A stretch of DNA of 64,000 nt from Candidatus Methanomethylicia archaeon. GTDB taxonomy: Archaea > Thermoproteota > Methanomethylicia > Culexarchaeales > Culexarchaeaceae. How positions within the stretch are numbered: the first letter of the stretch is position 1; every line of letters begins with the position of its first letter. The position numbers and the translations under genes are program-made. Below, piece by piece: positions 28,141 to 36,193 of this stretch. The DNA is taken from assembly GCA_038727515.1 (NCBI GenBank), contig JAVYVS010000004.1, positions 32,001 through 96,000 of the forward strand, read 5' to 3'. The notes below the pieces were generated by a model that was given only the letters and a program-made list of their open reading frames with translations, did no database searches and had not been told where the DNA came from.

Positions 28141-29688
28141 TTGGATTTGGATTTATTGGCTGGTCAAATGATTATGATGGGTTTTGATGGTTTAGAGCTT
28201 AATTCTGAAATTATGGATGCTTTAAAGAGGATTAAACCTTGTGGTTTAGTCTTTTTCAGAAGGAATATGGCTAATTGGAATCAAGTTAAGAAGCTTATAA
28301 GAGATTTACAAAATTATGCTTCTAGCATTGGACTTCCACCATTAATTATTGCTTTAGATCATGAGGGTGGACCAGTATTTAGGATGGCTAGTCGTTTAAC
28401 CCCTCTTCCCAGCGCTATGGCTTTAGGTGCATCCAATGATCCATCTATGGTTGATTGTATAGCTAGAATTGCAGGTCAAGAACTTAAAGCTTTAGGATTT
28501 AATTTGAATTTTGCTCCTGTAGCTGATCTCAATACTAATCCAAGGAATCCAGTTATAGGTATTAGATCTTTCGGGGATGATCCATTTAAAGTTGCTAATA
28601 TGGTTTCCAGATATGTTTCATCTCTTCAATCTACTGGTGTTATGGCTACTGCTAAACATTTTCCAGGTCATGGTGATACATCTGTAGATTCCCATTTAGA
28701 TCTTCCTATTGTAGATGTTGATTTAAATGTTTTATTGAATAGAGAGCTTATACCATTTAAAGCTGCTATTGATGCTGGTGTTTCATGTATAATGACTTCC
28801 CATGTATGTTTCCCAAGGGTTGATTCTTCGAATCTTCCAGCAACATTCTCTAAATATCTCTTAAGGGATGTTTTAAGGGGTATGCTTGGTTTTAATGGTG
28901 TAATAATTTCTGATGCTCTTGAAATGAAGGCTATTAGCAGTAGATTTGATGTTGATGATGTAGCTCTTTATGGTTTAAATGCTGGTTTAAATATTCTACT
29001 TAGGGGTGGAGATTTAAATTATATTTTTGATTTAAAGGATTCAATTTTAAAACTCGTTAAGAGTGGAGGGGTAGATCCAAAACTATTATATGATTCCTAT
29101 ATTAGGATTGAAGCCCTTAGGAATAAGATTAATTCTTATTCATCTCCCATTGAAGTTTCAATTAAAAATTTGAGGAAGAATAGAATGCTTTCCATGGATG
29201 TTTCTCTATCCTCCATAACCATTTTGAAAAGTGATTTATTTAGACCATTAAAGGGTTATAATTCTATTGCCATCCTCATTCCAAGGATGCTTCAACGTTT
29301 CTTATCTAATTTTAGTTCTGAAGTTGTCAATTTATTTGTTGGTGAATTTGGGAGTTACATTGATACTTTGGTTATATCATTTTATGATGAAGATGTAAAC
29401 TTTGATGATTTAATGGATATTGTTTATAATGTGGATGGTGTTGTCTTCTTCACTTATAATGCAATTTTCCATAGGTTTCAATTGGATTTATATGAGAAGA
29501 TTAAAGATAGGGTTTTAATGGTTGTTGCAGCAGGTTCACCTTATGATGCTGAATTAATTGATGGAGATAAACCTATAGCTTTAACCTATGGATTAAATCC
29601 AATAGTCTTATCTGCTCTTGTAGATGTTTTATGTGGTGTTTGTGAAGCTCATGGTATTCTTCCAGTTAAATTGAATTTGAAAAGCTAG
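28141..29688 (+). CDS. nagZ: GH3 beta-N-acetylglucosaminidase NagZ (two-domain, no signal peptide)
   Basis: DHEGG; NFAPVAD; IGIRSFG; NagZ signature KHFPGHGDTSVDSH (Asp-His dyad); nucleophile ISDALEM. Likely TTG start at 28141 (ORF open from 28108). Confidence 0.93.
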   Translation: MDLDLLAGQMIMMGFDGLELNSEIMDALKRIKPCGLVFFRRNMANWNQVKKLIRDLQNYASSIGLPPLIIALDHEGGPVFRMASRLTPLPSAMALGASNDPSMVDCIARIAGQELKALGFNLNFAPVADLNTNPRNPVIGIRSFGDDPFKVANMVSRYVSSLQSTGVMATAKHFPGHGDTSVDSHLDLPIVDVDLNVLLNRELIPFKAAIDAGVSCIMTSHVCFPRVDSSNLPATFSKYLLRDVLRGMLGFNGVIISDALEMKAISSRFDVDDVALYGLNAGLNILLRGGDLNYIFDLKDSILKLVKSGGVDPKLLYDSYIRIEALRNKINSYSSPIEVSIKNLRKNRMLSMDVSLSSITILKSDLFRPLKGYNSIAILIPRMLQRFLSNFSSEVVNLFVGEFGSYIDTLVISFYDEDVNFDDLMDIVYNVDGVVFFTYNAIFHRFQLDLYEKIKDRVLMVVAAGSPYDAELIDGDKPIALTYGLNPIVLSALVDVLCGVCEAHGILPVKLNLKS

Positions 29689-30836
29689 TATATGTGGTAT
29701 TTTTCCTTTTCATAAGCATATTTCAATAATTCTTCTTCTACTTCATCTACTATTGCCCATGGGTCTTCATCTTCATCTATTGATCTTCTAATTTTACTTG
29801 TTCCCGTTAAGATATCCATCCAATATTTCCCCTTAACCTTCCTCCATTGGAATTTCTCTGGGTATAGTCTTTTTATTGTACTTATTATTTGTAGTCCAGT
29901 TAGGAATGGTCTGAATAATCCCCTATCCATCACATATATTTCTACTCCTCCACATAATTTCCCTCTATATTTACCGCTATTTGGTTTGAATGTTAATGGT
30001 CTAAATTTAACTCCACTTAATCCAGTTTTATTTAGTTCTTCTGATAGTTTCTTTGGTTTTATCCATGGTGCTCCAATTACTTGGAATGGTTTTGTAGTTC
30101 CCCTCCCCTCAGATATGTTTGTAGCTTCAATTAAACATGTTCCAATGTATACATGTGCTGTTTCTGGTGTTGGCATATTTGGTGATGGTGGAATCCATGG
30201 TAATCCAGTTTGATCAAACCATAAGCTTCTACTCCAACCCTCCATGGATACAACTCTTAAATCAGCTTTTAAATGGTATTTCTCATTTAGATATGTAGCT
30301 ATTTCCCCTATGGTTAATCCATATCTAACTGGTATTTCAGCTATTCCAACGAAAGATCTATATTCTCCCTCTAGTATTGGTCCCTCTAATATTTCTCCTG
30401 TTATTGGGTTTGGTCTATCTAATACTATAATTTTCAATTCATTTTCTCCACATGCTTCTAAACAGTAGTAGAGGGTTGAGATATATGTATACCATCTTGC
30501 ACCTACATCTTGTAAATCAAATACTAGTGCTTCTAAATCCTCCATATCTTCTCTTCTTGGTTTATAGTTTAATCCATATAGGCTTTTTATTTCAACTTTA
30601 TACTCTTCGTCATAATATGATGTGGTTATAGGTTTTGTTTCTGTAATTGTAAATCCATGTTCAGGGGTGAATACCCTTTTAACTTGGCATTTCCCAATTC
30701 TCCTTGCTTCATCTATTATATGTGTGAATTGTGGAGTTACACTTGATTGATTTGCCACTATCCCTATACTTCTACCTCTTAAATCTCCAAAATCTTCTTC
30801 TATTAATATTTCCAATCCAATTTTCACTCTATCCAA
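29685..30836 (-). CDS. namZ: Exo-beta-N-acetylmuramidase NamZ (DUF1343/GH171)
   Basis: PEHGF; SLYG; FDLQDVGARWYTYIST; LDRPNP; RYGLTIGE; WIPPSPNMPT; EATNISEGRGTTKPFQVIGAPW. Confidence 0.94.
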   Translation of the reverse strand: MDRVKIGLEILIEEDFGDLRGRSIGIVANQSSVTPQFTHIIDEARRIGKCQVKRVFTPEHGFTITETKPITTSYYDEEYKVEIKSLYGLNYKPRREDMEDLEALVFDLQDVGARWYTYISTLYYCLEACGENELKIIVLDRPNPITGEILEGPILEGEYRSFVGIAEIPVRYGLTIGEIATYLNEKYHLKADLRVVSMEGWSRSLWFDQTGLPWIPPSPNMPTPETAHVYIGTCLIEATNISEGRGTTKPFQVIGAPWIKPKKLSEELNKTGLSGVKFRPLTFKPNSGKYRGKLCGGVEIYVMDRGLFRPFLTGLQIISTIKRLYPEKFQWRKVKGKYWMDILTGTSKIRRSIDEDEDPWAIVDEVEEELLKYAYEKEKYHIY

Positions 30837-31770
30837 TTTTCTTCACCTTTGCTATTTCTATAGCTTTTAATGGTATTCCACCAGCTTCTTCCAAGAGTTT
30901 TTCAGCTTCTTCTTTGCTTAAGTTTGTTTTAGCCATTATTATTGCTAATATAACATTACCATTTGCTTCCAATAATTTTTCTTCAGCTTCTTCATATGAT
31001 ACTCCTGCTTCCTCCATTATTATCCTTTTAGCTCTTTCCCTAAGTTTATCGCTTACTGGAGTTAGATTTATCATATGTCCACTTTTTACTCTACCAAGTT
31101 TTATCATAGCTGTAGTACTCATCATTGTTAATATAACCTTTTGTGCTGTTGCTGCCTTCATCCTTGTTGATCCAGTTATAACTTCTGGCCCTGTTTCTGG
31201 TGCTATTACTATATCTGCATATTTTGTTATTTCACCCTTCCGATTACTTGTTATTGCTATTGTTTTTGCACCTATACTTTTTGCATATTTTAATGCTGAT
31301 ATTACGAAGGGTGTTCTTCCACTAGCACTTATACCCACAATTACATCTCCACTTTTAATCCTCCTAGCTTTTAATTCTCTTATTGCTGTTTCTTCATCAT
31401 CTTCAGCTCCTTCTATTGGTCTAAATATTGCTCCAGGTCCTCCTGCAATTATTGCTTCCACAGTTTCTGGTCCAATATTGAAGGTTGGTAGTAGTTCTGC
31501 TGCATCCATTACTGCCAATCTACCGCTTGTTCCAGCTCCAATATATATCATCTTCCCCCCATTGGATATGGCTTCAACTATTAATTCTACTGCTTTACAT
31601 ATATTCTCCAATTCTCTTCCCACAGCTTCCACAGCCTTTTTATCTTCTTCATTTATTATGCGTAGTATCTCTATTGTTGGCATATTCTCTATATCTTGTA
31701 TACCCTTAATTTTTGATTCTGTAGGTGTTTCCTCTAATTCTTTAAATATCTTTAATCTATCTTTATACAT
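30829..31770 (-). CDS. murQ: N-acetylmuramic acid 6-phosphate etherase
   Basis: GAGTSGRLAVMDAAELLPTF; IAGG; EGAEDD; GISASGRTPFV; GPEVITGSTRMKAATAQK. Both catalytic Glu motifs are present. Confidence 0.96.
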   Translation of the reverse strand: MYKDRLKIFKELEETPTESKIKGIQDIENMPTIEILRIINEEDKKAVEAVGRELENICKAVELIVEAISNGGKMIYIGAGTSGRLAVMDAAELLPTFNIGPETVEAIIAGGPGAIFRPIEGAEDDEETAIRELKARRIKSGDVIVGISASGRTPFVISALKYAKSIGAKTIAITSNRKGEITKYADIVIAPETGPEVITGSTRMKAATAQKVILTMMSTTAMIKLGRVKSGHMINLTPVSDKLRERAKRIIMEEAGVSYEEAEEKLLEANGNVILAIIMAKTNLSKEEAEKLLEEAGGIPLKAIEIAKVKKIG

Positions 31771-32719
31771 ATGCCCATTCCTCTATGTTTCTTATGATTT
31801 CATTGTTTATTTCTATTCCCATTTCCCTTAATCCCATTAATATTGTTCCAGCTATCCCTCTATATTTACACTTTACAACTTCTACTTCTGGGTATTCTCC
31901 CTCTAATTCTTTCTTTATCTTTTCCAATAATCTCTTGGATGTTTTAAATAATCCTCCAAAACATTGTACTTCACACTTCCCATATCCACTTTTCCTTATC
32001 ACTATTTTCACGATTTTAGCTAATTCTCTTCCAGCTTCATCTATTATCTCTATTGCTTCTTCATCTCCTTCTTCACATGCTTCCGCTATTTCTTCAGCTA
32101 TTTTAGCTATTTCGCTTATCCCTCTTTGACCATATATTCTTTCTATTATTTGCGTTGGTGATGTTACTTTATATAATTCCATTATCCTCTTGGATAATGG
32201 TGTTTGTGGGATTTCTTCATCATATCTTCTAAACATTTTGTTTAAAGCCTTTTTAGCTATCCAAAATCCGCTTCCTTCATCTCCAATTAAATATCCCCAT
32301 CCTCCAGCTCTAATCTTTCTTCCATCTACTTCTGTGTATGCTATTGATCCTGTTCCACATATTAATACTATTACATTTCCCCTATGTTTTACTGTTTCAT
32401 ATGCTATTTTTGCGTCTGATACTATTATTACCCTTTTCGAATATTTATTGTCTATTAGCTTAATTATTTCTTCTCTATTCCTTTCATTTTCTAATCCTGC
32501 TGCTCCTATTACGCATAATTCTGCTTTTCCATTTATTTTCACATTTTCTAAACTTTCCAATAGATTTCTTGTTGCTTCTTCTAATCCTACACTATTTATG
32601 TTTATGCTTCCTGAAACATGTCTTTTTATTATTTTCCCATTTACCCATGTTGATACAGCTTCAGTTTTACTTCCTCCACCATCAATTCCAATTATATATT
32701 GTTTTTCCAATTTACTCAT
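31763..32719 (-). CDS. BadF/BadG/BcrA/BcrD-family sugar kinase, MurNAc/GlcNAc kinase (MurK-like)
   Basis: IGIDGGGSKT; VSDA; ICGTGSIAY; RAGGWGYLIGDEGSGFWIA; overlaps murQ in an operon. Confidence 0.88.
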   Translation of the reverse strand: MSKLEKQYIIGIDGGGSKTEAVSTWVNGKIIKRHVSGSININSVGLEEATRNLLESLENVKINGKAELCVIGAAGLENERNREEIIKLIDNKYSKRVIIVSDAKIAYETVKHRGNVIVLICGTGSIAYTEVDGRKIRAGGWGYLIGDEGSGFWIAKKALNKMFRRYDEEIPQTPLSKRIMELYKVTSPTQIIERIYGQRGISEIAKIAEEIAEACEEGDEEAIEIIDEAGRELAKIVKIVIRKSGYGKCEVQCFGGLFKTSKRLLEKIKKELEGEYPEVEVVKCKYRGIAGTILMGLREMGIEINNEIIRNIEEWAYV

Positions 32720-32814
32720 TAAATTTTATTTGTATTATTTTTAAGTTATTATTTTCGTTTTATTTTGTTTGGAAAGGTTAATATTTTCTTTATTTAAAAT
32801 TTTATTGGGCGTCT

Positions 32815-33465
32815 ATGAAAATTATTCCAGATGAGTATGTTGATGAAGTTAAAAATATCCTTAGTGGTTTAAGGGATGATGTTAGAATTCTACTTTTCAC
32901 TCAGAGGTTTAAGTGTACTGGATGTAGGGAGGCTGAAGATCTACTTATGGATTTATCAAGTTTATCTAGTAGGATTGTTTTAGAGAAGTATGTTTATGAG
33001 GATTCTAGGGTTAAATTTAATGAGTATAATGTTACTTATGTTCCTACGATAATTGTTGTTTCAAGGTATACTGGTGGTATGGCTAGATTTCTAGGGGTTC
33101 CATTGGGTTATGAATTTTCAAGTTTATTGGAGGATATCCTTCATGCTTCTACTGGTGAATTTGATTTGCCTAAGTCTATTGTTAGAGAGGTTAGTGGGAT
33201 AAATTTTGATGTTGATATTAAAGTTTTTGTGACTTTAACATGCCCATACTGTCCAGTGGCTGTTTCCAATGTTCATAGTTTCTCTCTAATAAATCCTAAG
33301 ATTAAGGGTGAAATGATAGATGCATCTCTATTTCCAAATTTAGCTTTAAAATATTCTGTTTCTGCTGTTCCAAAAACTATTATAAATGATTCTGTGGAGA
33401 TTGTAGGTGCATTTCCACCTGAACTACTCTTAAAGAAGATTTTTGAAGCTGTTAAGTATAAGTAG
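32815..33465 (+). CDS. Protein disulfide oxidoreductase (archaeal PDO, double thioredoxin fold)
   Basis: CTGC and CPYC; GVPLGYEFSSL; SAVPK. Confidence 0.9.
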   Translation: MKIIPDEYVDEVKNILSGLRDDVRILLFTQRFKCTGCREAEDLLMDLSSLSSRIVLEKYVYEDSRVKFNEYNVTYVPTIIVVSRYTGGMARFLGVPLGYEFSSLLEDILHASTGEFDLPKSIVREVSGINFDVDIKVFVTLTCPYCPVAVSNVHSFSLINPKIKGEMIDASLFPNLALKYSVSAVPKTIINDSVEIVGAFPPELLLKKIFEAVKYK

Positions 33466-33514
33466 ATTCCACATCTTTATCTATATCCATCTCTAATATT
33501 TTATTGGTGATTTA

Positions 33515-34918
33515 TTGGTTAAGTATGATTTAATTTTGAAGGGTGGATTTGTAGTTGATCCTAAGAATGGATTAGAGGATTATATGGATATTGCTATTTC
33601 CAATGGTAAAATAGCTGAATTGAGTGATGATATTGATATTAGGAGTGGACGTGAAGTTATAGATGTTTCTGATAGAATAGTGTTTCCAGGGGTTATAGAT
33701 TCACATACTCATATTGGAAGGTTTGGACATAAGATGATGGCTAAAGTTGGAGTTATAACTGCTGTAGATATGTCTGCATCCATGGATACATTGATATCGA
33801 ATTTAAAGGTTTATGGTGCTGGATTAAATGTTGCAACGGTTACAAATATTAGGAATTATTATCCAAAGGCTTCTGAAATTCTTAGTGATTCTGAGATTAA
33901 AGAAGCTGTTGGGAAAGCTTTATGTGAAGGTGCTCTTGGTATAAAGATTGCTGGTGGTCATAATCCATTTACCCCTGAAACTACTGCTAGAATTATTGAT
34001 GAATGTAATAGAGCTGGATGTTATATTGCTTTTCATGTTGGTACCACTAAGACTGGAAGTGATTTAAATGGTTTTCTTGAAGCTTTAGATCTTGCTGGAG
34101 ATAATGGTTTACATATAGCTCATGTTAATAGTTATTGTAGAGGTTTAATTGAAGATCCAGTTTATGAAGCTTTGAAAGCTATTTCAGCTTTAAAGGGTAA
34201 AAGGAGAATTGCTTCAGAATCATATTTAGCTTTAATTAATGGTACTAGTGGTAGATGTGTAAATAATGTTCCTGTTAGTCGTGTTACTAGGAATTGTCTT
34301 AGGATGAAGGGTTATAGTGAAGATTTTGAAGGTTTAAAGAAGGCTATAATGGATGGATATTGTTATGTTAGAGTGGAGGCTGGGGGTGAATCTATACTTG
34401 TAACTGGGGATGAAGGGGTTAAGTATTGGTTGGAGGCTGGAACTGATATTGGTGTAAGCTTTCCAGTTAATGATCCTGAAGCTCAAATAGTTTTAGCTAC
34501 AGCTAGAGATGGTGATAGATTTATTGTAGATGCAATTAGTACTGATGGTGGTGATATACCTAGAAATGTGCAAGTTGAATATGGTATGCTCTTAGTTAAA
34601 CTTGGAGCTTTAAGTTTAAAGGATCTTGCTATTAAATTATCTCTTAATCCAGCTATGATGTTTGGTTTTAAAGATAAGGGGCATTTGGGTGTTGGTGCAG
34701 ATGCAGATATAACTGTTATTGACCCATTTATTGGAAGTGCATGTATGGGTATTTCTGGTGGTAGAATTATTATGGTTGATGGAGTTGCAATTGTCTCTGG
34801 TGGCAGGGTTATAACTACAGAGTATGGTTTAGAATATGTGAAGCGTAGTGGAGTGGAATATTTGATTGCAGATTTATCTAAGGCTAAGATTTATTCCGGT
34901 GAGATATATGGTAGTTAA
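33515..34918 (+). CDS. Metal-dependent amidohydrolase (N-acyl-D-amino-acid deacylase/dihydroorotase-like)
   Basis: PGVIDSHTH; AFH; HIAH; STDGG; NPA...KGHLGVGADADITVID. Confidence 0.8.
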   Translation: MVKYDLILKGGFVVDPKNGLEDYMDIAISNGKIAELSDDIDIRSGREVIDVSDRIVFPGVIDSHTHIGRFGHKMMAKVGVITAVDMSASMDTLISNLKVYGAGLNVATVTNIRNYYPKASEILSDSEIKEAVGKALCEGALGIKIAGGHNPFTPETTARIIDECNRAGCYIAFHVGTTKTGSDLNGFLEALDLAGDNGLHIAHVNSYCRGLIEDPVYEALKAISALKGKRRIASESYLALINGTSGRCVNNVPVSRVTRNCLRMKGYSEDFEGLKKAIMDGYCYVRVEAGGESILVTGDEGVKYWLEAGTDIGVSFPVNDPEAQIVLATARDGDRFIVDAISTDGGDIPRNVQVEYGMLLVKLGALSLKDLAIKLSLNPAMMFGFKDKGHLGVGADADITVIDPFIGSACMGISGGRIIMVDGVAIVSGGRVITTEYGLEYVKRSGVEYLIADLSKAKIYSGEIYGS

Positions 34919-35345
34919 TGTATATGTGGAATTGAAATTTATACCTGAAATAGGCTTTATAGCTAAGAATAGTCAAAATCAAGCTGTTCTAATGAGAGCT
35001 CCAATAAAGGATCTTCCACCTGTAGGTCCAAGTCCAATGGAACTTTTATTGATGGCACTTGCTGGATGTACTGGTTACGATGTAATTTCAATACTTTTAA
35101 AGATGAGGCAGAAGATTGAGGGATTTGAGATTAAGGTTAATGGTGTTAGGAGAGATGAAGATCCAAGGGTTTATGTGAATATTGATTTAAAGTATATTGT
35201 TTATGGAGATGTAGATGAAGATAAACTTAAAGAAGCTATTAGATTATCCGTGGAGAAATACTGTTCTGTTTCAGCTATGCTTAAGAATGGTGGAGTAAAC
35301 GTTAATGTTTCTCATGAAGTAATTAAACCTTCAACCCCCAGATAA
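34908..35345 (+). CDS. OsmC family protein
   Basis: GPSPMELLLMALAGCTGYDV; EKYCSVS. ATG at 34908 preferred over the ORF-track start at 34866. Confidence 0.9.
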   Translation: MVVNVYVELKFIPEIGFIAKNSQNQAVLMRAPIKDLPPVGPSPMELLLMALAGCTGYDVISILLKMRQKIEGFEIKVNGVRRDEDPRVYVNIDLKYIVYGDVDEDKLKEAIRLSVEKYCSVSAMLKNGGVNVNVSHEVIKPSTPR

Positions 35346-35379
35346 ATTTTTAACAAACTTTTTACCACAATTTTCTTGA

Positions 35380-35455
35380 AGCCGGGTGGTGTAGCGGCCA
35401 AGCATGGCGGGCTCTGGCCCCGTCGACGGGAGTTCGAATCTCCCCCCGGCTACCA
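35380..35455 (+). tRNA. tRNA-Gln(CUG), intronless, CCA encoded
   Basis: Acceptor stem AGCCGGG/CCCGGCT with A1-U72; anticodon arm GCGGG-CT-CTG-GC-CCCGT (CTG at 35414-35416); T arm GGGAG-TTCGAAT-CTCCC; ends ACCA. Confidence 0.96.
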
Positions 35456-35521
35456 ATAATTCCATCAATAAACCATTTACATTATTCAAAAGTTTTATTT
35501 CATAATTTTATCCATATTATC

Positions 35522-36192
35522 TTGGTGTTATTATTGCTGGACTTTTATAGCGTAATGTTTTTGACCGGCGTTTTAGCTTTATGGAATTTCTTTGTTATAC
35601 ATTATCTCTCCAAGTGGGTTTACAATTTCTTTAATGCACATTACATTCATATTCCAGCTGCATATATTGGTAGGAAGGTTGTACATATACTTAACGGTGG
35701 TATTACAACTATTTGTACTGCATTGTTTTATGAAGGTTATTATTGGATTGTCTCTATTGCAGCTCTCCTAATTGCTTTATATATTGATTATCGTAGGAGG
35801 ACTAATATCATGTATTGGTTTCAAGTGGAGGGTAATAGATATGAAGTTCATTTTGCAATAATGTTTGGTTTAATACTTTATCTCGGCGTTTTTCTAGGTG
35901 ATGTTTGGATTGGTTTAATTGGAATGTTATTTATGTCTTTTGGTGATGCTGTTACCGGTCTTATTAGAGCTTTTAGACAACGTAGACAAGTTAAATCTTG
36001 GGATGGAACTATTGCAATGTTTATTGTCTGTTCCTTTATAGCCTTTTCAAATATGGTTTCTATGGTGTTTTCATGGCGTTAATCTCTAGTTTGGTTGAGA
36101 GAATTCCAAAGGTTGATGATAACGTTATGGTTCCATTAGCCTCTGGATTTATGGCTTACATATACAACCTCTTTCCAATTCTACATGTTTAA
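35522..36192 (+). pseudogene. Dolichol/phytol kinase-like membrane protein (CTP-dependent), frameshifted near 36045
   Basis: RKVVH; SFGDAVTG; KSWDG. The C-terminus ...VERIPKVDDNVMVPL is in another frame; adding one T to GCCTTTTCAAA restores AFFKYGFYG. Confidence 0.75.
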
Positions 36193-36193
36193 T

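Noticed and set aside
30731-31831. 366-aa plus-strand ORF antisense to murQ
   Set aside because: Shadow ORF with low-complexity Ser/Ile/Phe-rich translation and no motifs; it arises from the biased codon usage of the real minus-strand gene
25175-32719. Bacterial contamination or chimeric contig as the explanation for the mur genes
   Set aside because: The genes are interleaved with archaeal-type hsp20, alaX-M and PDO and share the host's strand-specific codon bias; read-level confirmation is still advisable
25175-32719. Evidence that the organism synthesises peptidoglycan
   Set aside because: Only catabolic and recycling enzymes are present; there are no Mur ligases, MraY, MurG or synthetic PBPs in the window
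35380-35455. tRNA-Gln as integration site of a mobile element
   Set aside because: No integrase, transposase or duplicated tRNA 3' end was seen in the window
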